From: Ostreococcus lucimarinus
Lineage: Eukaryota
DNA length: 64,000 nucleotides
Strand: one strand, 5' to 3'
Assembly (NCBI GenBank): GCA_000092065.1
Contig: CP000589.1
This document shows, piece after piece, positions 26,965-38,477 of this stretch. Under the pieces are notes generated by a model. The model saw nothing but the letters and a program-made list of their open reading frames with translations, did no database searches and was not told where the DNA came from. The position numbers were made by a program, and so were the translations under genes. Position 1 is the first letter of the stretch. Each line of letters starts with the position of its first letter.

Positions 26965-28034
26965 ATGCGTGCACGCGGACGAGTACAGACGACGAAGCTG
27001 GCGACGAGGGCGGCGTCGTTCTCGAACCGTCACGCAGGGACGGCGAAGCTTCGTGCGCACTGTGCGACGAGGAGGATGACGTCGACGCGCACGCACGTGC
27101 GCGCGGCAAGCATTGACGAGGGTATAAGCGAACCAGTAAAAATAAATGGACGCGATTCTTCGCGCTCGCCGGCGTTCATGAACGTCGACGCCGAGTTAGA
27201 GGTGTTGGAGCGAGGCGCTTCCGCCGAGCCGCCAGCGACTCGAAGCGACAGGCTGCGGAGCCGGTGGTCGAATTCGTTTTGGGATGAGCTCGAGTTGAAC
27301 GCCATCGAGCCTTGGATGATGTGTAACGACGAACCGACGCCTGATGGTTTGCTTCGCTCGGACTCCTTGCTCAGTCCGGCTTGGCGAATGATGCTGCTGT
27401 CGGATGGTTCGGTGACGGTGCGTCGAATTCTCGACGCCTTTGTATTTCACCTTCAGACTAACATTCGCATCGTGTGTTCGCCTCACAGCGTCACTTAAAG
27501 CTGCTCACCGGGCGTGCTGATGTTAAAACGGATGTCCTGTGGCAGGGTAAGATCGATCTCGACCACCGAGGTGCGCGCGAGATCGGCGTTCCGGACGACG
27601 TCCACAAGCGACTCCTCGCCGCGTCTTCGGGCACGCTCCTACAACGCGAGGTGGACCTGTGTGATGCACACGGTGATCCGCTGTGTTACGCCGCGAGCTG
27701 GTGGAACACGAACACCTCCGATACGATCGTCCTCGACACCGACGCCGATAACGCGTACGGTGCGCTCGATCGTCCGGTATGGCTCAAACTCGCCGAGGAC
27801 AAGACGGAGCTCTTTCGCGAAGTCCGCCGCGTCTACCGCGGTCAATCCGAGCGCCTATCCTCAGCCTGGGGCCTTCCCACCGACACCTACTTCTGGGGTC
27901 GTCACTACATCTTCTGGCTCGCTCGCAAACCGCTGTGCGTGATCCACGAAGTCATGAGTCCCGCGCTCGAGACGTACCTCGGCCCGGCCGCGCCCGCGCC
28001 TCGCGCGCGTCGCGCGCGCTCGCGCCGAACCTAA
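26965..28034 (+). CDS. Chorismate-lyase-like (UbiC/DUF98 family) protein, two exons 26965..27417 and 27489..28034
   Basis: Joining ...MMLLSDGSVT (exon 1) to RHLKLLTGRADV (exon 2) recreates LLSDGSVTRHLxLLTG, which I recall as a DUF98 motif. The downstream FWGRHYIFW...PLCVIHEV block is consistent. The two halves are in different frames separated by a GT-AG intron. Confidence 0.5.
27418..27488 (+). other. Intron (71 nt, GTGCGT...CTAAC...CACAG)
   Basis: Consensus-like 5' site GTGCGT and a branch CTAAC 18 nt before the CAG. Removal joins two frames into a conserved motif. Confidence 0.65.
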
Positions 28035-28080
28035 CTCACGACACGACGCCGAGCGACGCATCTCGCGCGCACACGAACGA

Positions 28081-28143
28081 CCACGCACACGACGACCACG
28101 CACACGACGACCACGACGACCACGACGACCACGACGACGACGA
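28081..28143 (+). repeat. Imperfect (GACGACCAC)n / (CACGAC)n microsatellite, intergenic
   Basis: cgacgaccacgcacacgacgaccacgcacacgacgaccacgacgaccacgacgaccacgacgacga read directly. It would encode a His/Asp repeat in one frame but sits outside any supported gene. Confidence 0.8.
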
Positions 28144-28286
28144 TTGTAATCCAGCCGCCGCCGTCGCGACTTCGCGCGAGCGCCCGATCACACACGCCAC
28201 CAGAATCCCGCGTAAACGTCGTCGCGCCGCGGCGCCGCCGCGACGTCACTACCACGCACACACTCACACCACCGCATCCACGCACC

Positions 28287-30156
28287 ATGAGCTCGTCCAT
28301 GTGCGTCGTCGAAACCTCCACCGCCGGTCGCGAATACAAAGTTCGCGACATGGCCCAAGCCGACTTCGGGTACGCGCGACGACGACGCGACGACGCGATG
28401 CGATGCGACGCGAAGCGATGCGCGCGACTTTTGCGCGATGGCGGCTGCGGACGATCGCGCGCGGTGACGGCGCGCGACGCGCGAAGACGGCGGGAGACGC
28501 GAGAAAACGATCGAGGAAAATTGTGACGATCGATGCGAGCGGTCGCGGTGCGCGTTGGACGGTCGACGGGGGCGGTGGATGCGCGAATGGATGATTATTC
28601 CGATTTCGATCGAGATCTATCCACAGCGGCGTTACTTTATCCACCCGACCGGCGACGAGTCGACGCGCGGAGGCTCGGCGGCGAGGATCGGGAAAGACGC
28701 GAAGACGACGGCGATTATGGGGGAAAAGTAGGAGATAACGATCGATGACTGACGATGCATGGGTTTTCGCCGCGATAGTCGCATGGAAATTGAACTCGCG
28801 CAAGTCGAAATGCCGGGTCTCATGTCGTGCATCGCCGAATTCGGGCCGGCGCAACCGCTCGCGGGCGCGAACATCTCCGGTTCTTTGCACATGACCATCC
28901 AAACCGCGGTGCTAATCGAAACGCTCGTTGCGCTCGGTGCCAACGTGCGTTGGTGCTCGTGCAACATCTTCTCTACGCAAGATCACGCCGCCGCCGCCGT
29001 CGCGCGCGACTCGGCCGCCGTCTTCGCGTGGAAGGGCGAGACGCTCGAGGAGTACTGGTGGTGCACGGACCAAATGCTCAACTGGGGCGAAGGCTCCTTG
29101 GACATCATCGTTGATGACGGTGGTGATGCCACCTTGTTGATCCACGAAGGTTACAAGGCTGAGCTCGAGTTCGCCAAGTCTGGCGCCATCCCGGACCCGG
29201 CGTCCACGGACAACGCCGAGATGAAGTGCGTGTTGAAGATCATCGCCGAAAACTTGAAGACCAACCCGAAGCGCTGGCAAAAGATCGTTTCCACCTGCGT
29301 CGGTGTCTCCGAAGAGACCACGACTGGTGTGAAGCGTCTTTACGAAATGCAAAAGGCGGGCGAACTCTTGTTCCCGGCCATCAACGTCAACGACTCCGTC
29401 ACCAAGTGCAAGTTCGACAACCTCTACGGTTGCCGTCACTCTTTGCCGGATGGTATCATGCGCGCCACTGACGTCATGATCGCGTCCAAGACGTGCTGGG
29501 TCGCTGGCTACGGTGATGTCGGTAAGGGTTCCGCCGCCGCGCTCAAGGCTGCCGGCGCTCGCGTCATCGTGTCTGAAATCGACCCGATTTGCGCGCTCCA
29601 AGCCGCCATGGAAGGTTACCAAGTCGCCCCGATCGAAGACGTCGTCGACCAAGTCGACATCTTCATCACCACCACGGGTAACAAGGACATCATCATGGTC
29701 CAACACATGGAAAAGATGAAGAACAACGCCATCGTCGGTAACATCGGTCACTTCGACAACGAAATCGACATGGCTGGCCTCGAATCGTACCCGGGCATCA
29801 AGCGCCAAAACATCAAGCCGCAATGCGACCGCTTTGAATTCCCGGATGGCCACGGTATCATCATGCTCGCCGAAGGTCGTCTCCTCAACCTTGGCTGCGC
29901 CACCGGTCACCCGTCCTTCGTCATGTCGTGCTCCTTCACCAACCAAGCCATCGCTCAGCTCGAGCTTTGGAACGAGCGCAAGTCCGGCAAGTACGAAAAG
30001 AAGGTGTACGTCCTCCCGAAGCACTTGGACGAAAAGGTTGCCATGCTCCACCTCGCGAAGATTGGTGTCAAGCTCACCAAGCTCTCCACCGATCAAGCGC
30101 AGTACATCAACGTCCCGGTCGAGGGTCCGTACAAGCCCGCGGCGTACCGCTACTAG
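28287..30156 (+). CDS. SAHH: S-adenosyl-L-homocysteine hydrolase (adenosylhomocysteinase), two exons 28287..28369 and 28779..30156
   Basis: Exon 1 ([28 protein letters not shown]) plus exon 2 ([15 protein letters not shown]...[21 protein letters not shown]...) reproduces the plant SAHH N-terminus ([32 protein letters not shown]). The Rossmann NAD motif, C-terminal PKHLDEKVA and YRY end are all present. The spliced product is 486 aa. Confidence 0.9.
28370..28778 (+). other. Intron (409 nt, GTACGC...CTGAC...GATAG) in SAHH gene
   Basis: Required to join the conserved ADFG|RMEIELA junction (phase 2). It contains internal short repeats (gcgatgcgatgcgacgcgaagcgatgcg). Confidence 0.7.
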
Positions 30157-30450
30157 ATCCAGTGACCTTGCAGTCACCGTCGCCGAGCCTCGACGCCGCG
30201 CTTCGCGTCGTCGTCGCCTCGCGAGACATTTACCGCGCCCTCGCATTTCACCGGGGGAATCACGCGGTGTATCTACGTGAAACCAATGTTTGCTCAAGCG
30301 ACTAGTAGAGATTCTTCCATAAAACAACAAAACTAGGTTCAGTCGTTGTGATACATACGATACCAAACCTTCAAACGTCGCCGTCGCGGATACAGTCCAT
30401 CCGCCTTCGCCTTCGCCGTCGTCGTCACACCTCCGCGCCTTCGACTCGCG

Positions 30451-31416
30451 ATGTCGCTCGATTCGATCGTCGCCGCCATGACGGCCGCGTTCGGCGCCCT
30501 CGCGTCCGACGTCGACGCCGCGCGCGTCGACGTCGCCGCCTTCGCGCCCTCGCCCGCGGGACTGCGCGCGCTCGACGACCACCTCGCGTCGCGCGCCGCG
30601 CTCGCGGGCCACGCGCTGTCGCGCGCCGACGCCGCGTGCTACGCGAGCGTCGTCGACGCGCTGAACGCGTCGCCCGAGGCGCTGACGCACGCGAGACGGT
30701 GGGCGGCGCACGTGAGCGCGCGCGGCGACGCGGCGCGCGCGGGCGCGGCGACGGCGAGGACGCTCGAGGGCGCGGCGGCGCCGACGTTCGAAAGACCGGC
30801 GGCGACGGCGAACGCGGAAGACGCGAGCGCGAGCGAAGACGGGAAGAAGAAGAAGGAGAAGGAGAAGGAGAAGAAGACGAAGAAGGCGAGCGAGGGAAAG
30901 GCGGCGACGGCGTCGACGAAACGCGTGGACGTGTCGACGCTGGACGTACGCGTCGGCCGAGTGACGAAGGCGTGGGAACACCCGGACGCGGACAAATTGT
31001 GGTGCGAGAACATCGATCTCGGGGAGAAAGGCGTGCGACAGATTTGCAGTGGGTTGCGCGCGTTTAAGACGAAGGAACAGATGGAGGGCGCGCGCGTGTG
31101 CGTCATCGTCAACGTGAAGCCGGGGAAGCTTCGCGACGTCAAGTCGGACGGTTTGGTGCTGTGCGCGTCCAACGCCGACCACACCGAGGTTGATTTCGTG
31201 ATTCCGCCCGAAGGCGCGGCGATCGGCGAGCGCGTCGCGTTCCCGGGCTTCGAGGGCGAGCCGGAGGAAGTGCTCAATCCGAAGAAGAAGCAACTCGACG
31301 CGGTGTGTCTGGACTTGAAGACGAACGCGGAGGGCGTGGCGTGCTACAAAGACGTCCCGTTTACGACGTCGGCGGGCGCGTGCACTTCGTCGCTCAAGAA
31401 CTGCTTCATCAAGTAG
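30451..31416 (+). CDS. tRNA-binding (EMAP-II/Arc1p/Trbp111-type OB-fold) aminoacyl-tRNA-synthetase cofactor-like protein
   Basis: The C-terminal domain LDVRVGRVTKAWEHPDADKLWCENIDLGE..RQICSGLRAF..EGARVCVIVNVKP is the Myf/EMAP-II tRNA-binding signature. A K/E-rich linker (GAAGAG-type repeat) precedes it. ATG verified at 30451. Confidence 0.75.
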   Translation: MSLDSIVAAMTAAFGALASDVDAARVDVAAFAPSPAGLRALDDHLASRAALAGHALSRADAACYASVVDALNASPEALTHARRWAAHVSARGDAARAGAATARTLEGAAAPTFERPAATANAEDASASEDGKKKKEKEKEKKTKKASEGKAATASTKRVDVSTLDVRVGRVTKAWEHPDADKLWCENIDLGEKGVRQICSGLRAFKTKEQMEGARVCVIVNVKPGKLRDVKSDGLVLCASNADHTEVDFVIPPEGAAIGERVAFPGFEGEPEEVLNPKKKQLDAVCLDLKTNAEGVACYKDVPFTTSAGACTSSLKNCFIK

Positions 31417-31494
31417 ACGATGACCGCATCGGTGTGAATGATAATACACCTACTCGTCGTTTTGTTGAAAAAATCTCGCTACTCGCGCGCTACG

Positions 31495-32367
31495 CTATTC
31501 ACCGCACATGATTTCGACGTTGTCGAGCAAACGCACGCTACCAAACTTTGCCGCGACGGCTATCACGCACGGTGAATCCAGCACGCCCACGTACGGCGTC
31601 AACGATTCCGGTTCCATCGCCTGCACGTAATCTACCTCCCCTCCACCGTCTCTGATGCGTTCGCTCACTCGCGTCACGAGCGCGTCGCTCGTCGTCGGCG
31701 CGCGCTCCGCCGTCGCCTTCGCTTCGCTCAAACTTTGATAAATAACCGTCGCCTTCTCTCGATTCTCCGTCGTCAGCAACAAATTCCTCGAGCTCATCGC
31801 CAACCCATCGCTCTCTCGCACGATCTCCCCCCCCACGACGTCGATGTCAAAATCTAAATCTCGCGCCATCCTTCGTATCACGCGCCACTGCTGATAATCC
31901 TTCTTCCCGAACACCGCCGCGTCCGGCTCGACGACGTTGAACAATTTCGTCACGATCGTCGCCACGCCCTTGAAGAAGTGCGGTCGCGTTTTCGCGCACA
32001 GTCCTTTACTCAGCTCGGCGACCTCGACGTACGTCTCGTGCGCCGCGCCTTCGCCTTCGCCTTCGTTCGCGTACATGCGCTTCGGCGCGAAGACGCAATC
32101 CACGCCCCGCGCCCGCGCCGCGCGCTCGTCCGCGTCCCCGACCCTCGGATACGCGTCGAAGTCCTCCCCGGGCGCGAACTGGGTCTCGTTGACGTACACC
32201 GACAGCACGACCGCGTCGCACGCGCACCGCGCGCGCGCGATGTCGACGAGCGCGAGGTGTCCTTCGTGCAGCGCGCCCATCGTCGGGACGAAGGCGACGC
32301 GCTCGCCGCGCGCTCGCCGCGCGCGCGTCCACGCGCGCATCTCGCGCGCGTCGGTGATGATCTCCAT
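31495..32367 (-). CDS. panC: Pantoate--beta-alanine ligase (pantothenate synthetase)
   Basis: [17 protein letters not shown] (PTMGxLHxGH), [19 protein letters not shown] and LAMSSRN motifs. The track start 32424 is GTG. The first ATG (MEIITDA) is at 32367. Confidence 0.85.
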   Translation of the reverse strand: MEIITDAREMRAWTRARRARGERVAFVPTMGALHEGHLALVDIARARCACDAVVLSVYVNETQFAPGEDFDAYPRVGDADERAARARGVDCVFAPKRMYANEGEGEGAAHETYVEVAELSKGLCAKTRPHFFKGVATIVTKLFNVVEPDAAVFGKKDYQQWRVIRRMARDLDFDIDVVGGEIVRESDGLAMSSRNLLLTTENREKATVIYQSLSEAKATAERAPTTSDALVTRVSERIRDGGGEVDYVQAMEPESLTPYVGVLDSPCVIAVAAKFGSVRLLDNVEIMCGE

Positions 32368-32564
32368 CGCACCGGCGCGTCGCGCGACGTCGCGTCGCGT
32401 CGCGCACTGCCGATGGATCCGCACTCGACGACGGACGCGCGTCGTTCGTCTCGCGCCGCGTCGAGCGCGACGCCGCGGCCGCGCGACGCGCGCGCGACGC
32501 GCGGTTCGCGCGAAGGCGCGCGCGAGGGCGCGCGCGACGAAGACGCGACGAAGACGCGGGCGAG

Positions 32565-34880
32565 ATGGATTTCAACGAATTGGAACGACGCGAGGGCGTG
32601 CGGTTGTCGTGGAACGCGTGGCCGTGCTCGCGGATCGAAGCCACGCGCGTGGTGCTGCCGATCGGCGCGCTCGTGACGCCGGGACGCGATCTCGGGGACG
32701 CCGCGCCGACGCTGCCGTACGAACCGGTGGTGTGCGAGGGGTGCCAGGCGGCGTTGAATCCGTACTGCTCGGTGGATTACTACGGCAAGACGTGGCGATG
32801 CTCGCTGTGCGATGGGCTGAATAAATTGCCGAGGAATTACGAACAGATCAGCGAAAATAACCTGCCGGCGGAGCTGTTTCCGACGTACACGAGCGTGGAG
32901 TACACGATGACGAATAAGACGCCGACGGCGCCGTGCTTCGTGCTGTGCGTGGATTGCGCGTGCGGGAGCGCGGAGGAGTTGCAGGACGCGAAGGACAGCG
33001 TGATGCAGTTGGTGAGCTTGTTGCCGGAGGATGCGTTCGTGGGGTTGGTGACGTTCGGGTCGACGGTGCGCGTGCACGAGTTGGCGGAGACGAACGGGGC
33101 GATGCGGCGATCGTACGTGTTTCGCGGGACGAAGGATTGCGAGCAGGAAGATTTGCGCAAGATGTTAGGGCTGGATTTCAATCGTCAGCGCGCGGGGATG
33201 AATGGAATGAATGGAATGAACGGCGCTGCGGCGATGATGCCGAATGGCGTGGACGCCAAGCCGGTGAGACGATTCGTCGCGCCCATCAGCGAGTGCGAGT
33301 TCACGCTGCAGAGCGTCCTCGACGAGGTGACACTGGACGAGGAGAAGACAGAGCGCGGGAAGCGCGCGCTACGGGCGATGGGTGCGGCTATCAGCATCGC
33401 CGCCGGACTTTTAGCCGAATCGCACTCGTCGCAAGGGGGTCGTGTGCTCACGTTCACCTCCGGGCCGTGCACCGTAGGGCCTGGCGCCGTCGTGGGGACG
33501 GATATGAGCGAGAATTTGCGCTCGCACCAAGACTTGGAAAAGAACGCGGCTAAGCATTACAAGGAGGCGTGTAAAGTTTATAACGCGATCGGAATTCGAC
33601 TAGCAACGAATTCTCATACATTGGACGTCTTCGCGTGCTCTCTGGATCAAGTCGGACTGGCGGAGATGAAAATAGCGGTGGATCAAACAGGCGGGAACAT
33701 GATTCTCGCCGAGCAGTTCCGCGCAGAGACTTTCAGGCAATCATTAGCGAAGATGTTTGCGAGAGATCCGAAAACTGGTGCCTTGGAGATGAAGTTCAAC
33801 GGAACTTTTAGCGTGTTCTGCACGCCGCAAATCATGGTGTGCGGCGCCATCGGGCCAATTAGCGCTTTGGCGGTCAAGTCGCAGCGAATTAGTGAAAACG
33901 AAATCGGTTTGGGACAAACCACATCGTGGCGCATGTGTTCGTTCACGCCCACTTCAACCATAGCGGTCTACTACGAAGTCGTCAACCAGCACAGCAATCC
34001 GATCCCCAACGGGCAACCATTCTTTCTGCAGTTTTGCACGAGATTTAAGACGAGTGACGGGCAGATTCGCCTGCGAGTCACCACCGTGGCGAGACGCTGG
34101 GTCGAAAGTAGTTTGGCGCCCGAAATCGTGGGCGGGTTCGACCAAGAGGCGTGCGCTGTACTCATGGCGAGAATTGCAACGTTTAGAACTGAGAATGAAG
34201 AGTCCTTCGACTTGTTGAGGTGGCTCGATCGCACACTCATTCGCGTTGGCGCAAAGTTTGGGGAATATCAGCGAGACGCGCCGGATAGCTTCCGCATGCC
34301 ACCGAGCATGTCCATCTATCCACAGTTCATTTTCCACTTGCGCCGCTCACAGTTCTTACAGACCGCGAATAACTCACCGGATGAAACAGCGTTTTATCGC
34401 ATCATGCTCTCTCGCGAGACGGTGACAAACTCGTTGGTGATGATTCAACCGACGCTGTTGAGTTATTCCTTCAACGGCCCACCCCAACCGGTGCTTTTGG
34501 ACGTCAGCGCAATCACGCCCGATACGATCTTGCTGTTAGACTCATACTTCTTGATAGTCGCACATAGAGGCAGCACGATCGCGGCGTGGCACAAAGCCGG
34601 ATACCAGGATCAACCAGAACACGAGGCGTTCCGCGCCCTGCTCGCGGCGCCGGTACGCGACGCGAAAGCTTTGGCGGCAGATAGATGTCCGACGCCGCGT
34701 CTCGTGGAGTGCAATCAAGGGGGGTCGCAGGCGAGGTTCTTGCTCGCCAAGTTGAACCCTTCGGCAACGCACAACACCGACCTCGGGTACGGTCAAAGTG
34801 GTGGAGAGATCATCTTCACCGATGATATAAGCATGAACGTATTCGTCGACCATTTAGCCAAGCTCGCAGTTAGTTCGTAG
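32565..34880 (+). CDS. SEC23: COPII coat protein Sec23
   Basis: N-terminal zinc finger [12 protein letters not shown]...WRCSLC, a trunk domain with [14 protein letters not shown], a gelsolin-like C-terminus and the signature [24 protein letters not shown] verified at 32565. (GAATG)5 encodes an MNGMNGMNG insert. Confidence 0.9.
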   Translation: MDFNELERREGVRLSWNAWPCSRIEATRVVLPIGALVTPGRDLGDAAPTLPYEPVVCEGCQAALNPYCSVDYYGKTWRCSLCDGLNKLPRNYEQISENNLPAELFPTYTSVEYTMTNKTPTAPCFVLCVDCACGSAEELQDAKDSVMQLVSLLPEDAFVGLVTFGSTVRVHELAETNGAMRRSYVFRGTKDCEQEDLRKMLGLDFNRQRAGMNGMNGMNGAAAMMPNGVDAKPVRRFVAPISECEFTLQSVLDEVTLDEEKTERGKRALRAMGAAISIAAGLLAESHSSQGGRVLTFTSGPCTVGPGAVVGTDMSENLRSHQDLEKNAAKHYKEACKVYNAIGIRLATNSHTLDVFACSLDQVGLAEMKIAVDQTGGNMILAEQFRAETFRQSLAKMFARDPKTGALEMKFNGTFSVFCTPQIMVCGAIGPISALAVKSQRISENEIGLGQTTSWRMCSFTPTSTIAVYYEVVNQHSNPIPNGQPFFLQFCTRFKTSDGQIRLRVTTVARRWVESSLAPEIVGGFDQEACAVLMARIATFRTENEESFDLLRWLDRTLIRVGAKFGEYQRDAPDSFRMPPSMSIYPQFIFHLRRSQFLQTANNSPDETAFYRIMLSRETVTNSLVMIQPTLLSYSFNGPPQPVLLDVSAITPDTILLLDSYFLIVAHRGSTIAAWHKAGYQDQPEHEAFRALLAAPVRDAKALAADRCPTPRLVECNQGGSQARFLLAKLNPSATHNTDLGYGQSGGEIIFTDDISMNVFVDHLAKLAVSS

Positions 34881-34929
34881 ATCATATCATCAATGAATGC
34901 GCAAGTACATTAATCACTACATTTCGCTT

Positions 34930-37572
34930 CTATTCTGGCCACGCCACCGCCGGGGCCAATTCTTCATCGAGCGTTGGCGTGGCGAAATCTGGCACGCTTA
35001 CCGATCGCTTGTGCATCGATCGCTGCGGTGTTTCGAACGCTGCAACGGTGGTCGTCTTTTCAACGTGCAACTCCGCGATACCCTTTTGTCGCCACTCCAA
35101 ACCGGGCACGATTTCTGAGGCCCTGGTCGGTTGACGACGCGGCGACAAAATGCCAGCTTCTTTCTTCACGGGTATGTTGCCCCCTTCATCAGCCTTCTTC
35201 ACGGAGAGCGCGCGACCAGTGGATCTCGCCACTGAACGAACCCTCTTCCCGACGTTGTTGATCACTCCAGGTTTTTTGCCCGGCACCACCGTCACCTGTG
35301 GTGTCGCCTGTGGTGCCGCGTGTGGTTGTTCCTGCAGAATGTCTGTTGGCGTACCGCCCAACTTTGAACGCGTTCGTGCATGCTTCTTCGTCGGAGACCG
35401 AGGAGAGACGACGAGTGGTGAGTCAGCTGTTTCGACGTGTCTCGGTACTGGCGTCGAACGAACTTGCTTGACTATCGGACTCCCGTAAGTGGTGACGTCC
35501 TCACGAGAAGGCTTCTTTTCGATCAATCCCTTCTTCTTTCTCGAAAACATTCTGCTAGTCATTCTGCTCAACGTGCTTGGCTTCCTTTCAGTCTTCTTCT
35601 CGCGCGCTTTTTCCTCGGCAACCCGCTCAGCGACATCTCCCTTGACTTCAGGGTGCAGTAACACGGAAAGAAACTCGAACTCAAACGTCAACGAGCCAGA
35701 CGGCGTGTTCGTGAGCTCGAAGACCTCCTCCACGGGCGTGCCGATGAGCGTGCAACGAGACAGGACGGCTCGTGTGTCAAGTTCGAGATGGCCGAGCGAT
35801 GTCTTCACACCGAATGCGTCGCGATCCCATACTTCGAGCAGGATATTATTCGAGTTTTCGAGCTCTTGCTCGCCGATGATGAACTCAAACTCTTCTTCCC
35901 AGACCGGTTGACGCGTGTTAAACTTGGTACTGCTCTTCCGCTTTTGTCGGTTCATGCGCATCTTCACGAAGGGGTCGGGTGCCTCGCCAACGCCGGCTAA
36001 ATTCTCGCCGCGCAACAGTCGCACGTACAACACACCAGAAAACTGTTCCATCATCATTTTGTTGTCAGTTTCCGCAGAAACCATTGTAGTCGCGGGCACG
36101 GTCTTCGGTGGATGCGCCGCGGCTTCCCCGTGAGGTTGTTCCCTTTTCTTGAATGGATGATACGAAACTGAGATGTTAATTGTCGGGCCGTCAGGAGCGT
36201 TGAACCCGTGCGGCCCGGATGCCCTGGGCGATGACCCACCACCGGTCGGAATAGAGAGCGCGCGTTTCGCCAAGCCAGCGCCGTACAACAACGGTGCCAC
36301 TGCGAGACTGAGCGCCGTCATATCCTTAGCCCTTACCAACGGTACTTGCAGTGCAACTGTCTGTAATGGCGTGTCGTGGCACAAAGAAACATCACACATG
36401 GCCGAACCGATGCTCGGTTTATTCGCTCGCAGCTGCTCGCCGTCGTACTTAGAACTCATGCCTCGTGTGTTACTCCGATTCAACAGCGCGCTCGGCGCTC
36501 GAATAGTGGATCCCACCGTCACGCGAGTATCGATGACGTTGAGACGAAGTTTTGCACTGTGAATATCCGTAACGGTAAACTCGAACGTCTCCTCCCAAAT
36601 CGGGTCTGAGCCTCGCTTAATCGTCGTAGACCGCTTTACGTCCGCGCGTTGGGTCAAGCTAACCTCGACCGCCGCTTTCGGCGGCATCCCCAACCTCCCC
36701 GGCAACTGGCTCGCGCTATGGACGGTGACGCGGAGCAAGCCACTGTTGTGCGCAACTTCATCAGGCTGCCAATCCGACACCGCGCACCACAGACGCGCGG
36801 GCCAGACCATCAAATCTACGAGCTGGTTCTTGATCAAATCGCGCAACATCGAAGCGACCAACGGAACGGCTGTGATATCGCCACCTACGAGCTTTAGCGA
36901 AAAATCGATCGCCGGCTTGTCCACGAATGCAAGTTTCAACGCGCTAAACGACGGCCACCAAGGCACGAGTGGACCAAAAACCAATCGAAACGTCCCGTAC
37001 GCCTCCACGTTGTTCATCTCTATCGGCAACTTGATGCCCAGCGTCGACACGTCCAACACTATGCTCGCATCCTTCGCCGCCCACTTGAACTCGATATCGA
37101 GAATCACCTCACCCTCGCTCTCCGTGCTCACCTTGACGCTCGCCAATATCGGCGGCTCCACTCCACACGTAAACTTTTTAAAATTCATCGACATGCCCGT
37201 CGATTTCGCCAAATCGTTCAACGTCGGTTCCAGCGCCTCCACGACGGACACCGCGATCGCCTTATCCAGCGACGGCCACATCTGTCTCGCCGCCTTATTC
37301 AACCACGGCACCCTGTCGACGTCCGCGTACTTGATCCACTTCGGCAGGTGTCCGATCAATCGTCGCAGCGTGCGTCCGTTCGCGACGACGCTCCCGCTCG
37401 CCGTCTCGTCGCTCAACTGTCGCACGACGCTCGCGAGCTCGCTCCGTTCGCGCCGGCTCGAGCGCGCGCCGATCGCGACGCCGAGCGCCAACGCGCCGGC
37501 GAGCGCCGCGCACGCGAGGCACAGCGCGACGAGCGCGACGAGCGCGACGAGCGGCGTCGGCGTCGGCGACAT
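34930..37572 (-). CDS. Extended-synaptotagmin/tricalbin-like protein (N-terminal TM hairpin, SMP lipid-transfer domain, two C2 domains)
   Basis: Hydrophobic N-terminus, then an SMP domain (WLNKAARQMWP...FKKFTCGVEPPILASVKV...WPARLW), then C2 domains (LLRVTVHSASQLPG...DPIWEETFEF; VLYVRLLRGENL...QPVWEEEFEF). The track start 37587 is TTG. The ATG (MSPTPTP) is at 37572. Confidence 0.8.
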   Translation of the reverse strand: MSPTPTPLVALVALVALCLACAALAGALALGVAIGARSSRRERSELASVVRQLSDETASGSVVANGRTLRRLIGHLPKWIKYADVDRVPWLNKAARQMWPSLDKAIAVSVVEALEPTLNDLAKSTGMSMNFKKFTCGVEPPILASVKVSTESEGEVILDIEFKWAAKDASIVLDVSTLGIKLPIEMNNVEAYGTFRLVFGPLVPWWPSFSALKLAFVDKPAIDFSLKLVGGDITAVPLVASMLRDLIKNQLVDLMVWPARLWCAVSDWQPDEVAHNSGLLRVTVHSASQLPGRLGMPPKAAVEVSLTQRADVKRSTTIKRGSDPIWEETFEFTVTDIHSAKLRLNVIDTRVTVGSTIRAPSALLNRSNTRGMSSKYDGEQLRANKPSIGSAMCDVSLCHDTPLQTVALQVPLVRAKDMTALSLAVAPLLYGAGLAKRALSIPTGGGSSPRASGPHGFNAPDGPTINISVSYHPFKKREQPHGEAAAHPPKTVPATTMVSAETDNKMMMEQFSGVLYVRLLRGENLAGVGEAPDPFVKMRMNRQKRKSSTKFNTRQPVWEEEFEFIIGEQELENSNNILLEVWDRDAFGVKTSLGHLELDTRAVLSRCTLIGTPVEEVFELTNTPSGSLTFEFEFLSVLLHPEVKGDVAERVAEEKAREKKTERKPSTLSRMTSRMFSRKKKGLIEKKPSREDVTTYGSPIVKQVRSTPVPRHVETADSPLVVSPRSPTKKHARTRSKLGGTPTDILQEQPHAAPQATPQVTVVPGKKPGVINNVGKRVRSVARSTGRALSVKKADEGGNIPVKKEAGILSPRRQPTRASEIVPGLEWRQKGIAELHVEKTTTVAAFETPQRSMHKRSVSVPDFATPTLDEELAPAVAWPE

Positions 37573-37737
37573 CGCGAATCGCACCAACCGAATCTATCCT
37601 CCGCGCGGCGTTCGTCCACCGTCCTCGCGACGCGCGCGCGCGCGCGCGGCGAGCGCGCGCCGACGCGCGTCGCGCGCGTCGCCCGCGTCGCGGTCGCGTC
37701 GCGGTGTGCGACGCGCGACGCGTCACTCCGCGCCTCG

Positions 37738-38349
37738 ATGCCGACGACGCCGACGACGCAAACATCGCGCGTCGCGCCGCGCGCGCGCGCGCCGCGAACC
37801 GCGAGCGCGCGCGCGAACGCGCGAACGACGCGCGCGCGCGCGGGGAAGCTCGTCGGCGAGAGCTGGGTCGAACTGAGCGACGCGTCGTACGCCATCGAAA
37901 ACGGACGCGAACTGTACGCCGCGGGTGACGTCGCGTCGGCGCTCAAAGAGTTCGAACGCGCGCTGACGCTGCCGGGAAGCGGCACGAAACGCGATCGCGC
38001 GAAACCGGCGGAGCTGTCGAACGGCGAGCGACAGGCGGCGCTGTATAACATCGCGAGCGCGCGGTGCGCGTTGGACGACCGGAGCGGCGCGCTCGAGGCG
38101 CTGGACGGATGTTTCAGAGCGGGGTACGCGAACCCGCGCGCGTACGGCGCGGCGAGAGGGATGCGAGATTTGGACGCGATGTGGGCGGACGAGGACTTGA
38201 CGCTCGCGACGCGCACGGATGAGTTTCGGGCGATGGTGAAAAAGTACAAGGTGACGCCGAACGCGATGGCGTTGCAGTTCGATTTCAACAACTCCATCAT
38301 CGGCGGCGTCGTGGGCGCGGTGAGCGACAAGATGACGCCGAAAAAGTAA
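37738..38349 (+). CDS. Small hypothetical protein with organellar presequence-like N-terminus and TPR-like helical region
   Basis: First ATG in frame at 37738. The upstream part of the track ORF is antisense to the synaptotagmin gene. The first 35 residues are rich in Thr, Arg, Ala and Pro, followed by balanced helical sequence. No family recognised. Confidence 0.35.
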   Translation: MPTTPTTQTSRVAPRARAPRTASARANARTTRARAGKLVGESWVELSDASYAIENGRELYAAGDVASALKEFERALTLPGSGTKRDRAKPAELSNGERQAALYNIASARCALDDRSGALEALDGCFRAGYANPRAYGAARGMRDLDAMWADEDLTLATRTDEFRAMVKKYKVTPNAMALQFDFNNSIIGGVVGAVSDKMTPKK

Positions 38350-38477
38350 CCCACGAGAAAGTAACCCGCGAGCGCGACGCGATTCAGCGCTCGCGTAGAC
38401 GCGCGTAGACGCTCGTGACGGACGCTAAAACTAAAACTAAAAGCGTCCTCTCTCTCTCTCGCGCGCCGCACTTACCG

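Noticed and set aside
30841-30890. (GAAGAG)n-like purine repeat
   Set aside because: It is simply the K/E-rich linker (KKKKEKEKEKKTKK) of the tRNA-binding protein and is coding simple sequence.
28912-31449. 845-aa minus-strand ORF
   Set aside because: It is antisense to the strongly conserved SAHH and tRNA-binding-protein genes. It is Arg/Leu/Val-rich with low complexity and matches no family.
36725-37876. 383-aa plus-strand ORF
   Set aside because: It is antisense to the SMP domain of the synaptotagmin-like gene. It is Ser/Thr/Ala low-complexity and ends in an Arg-rich run.
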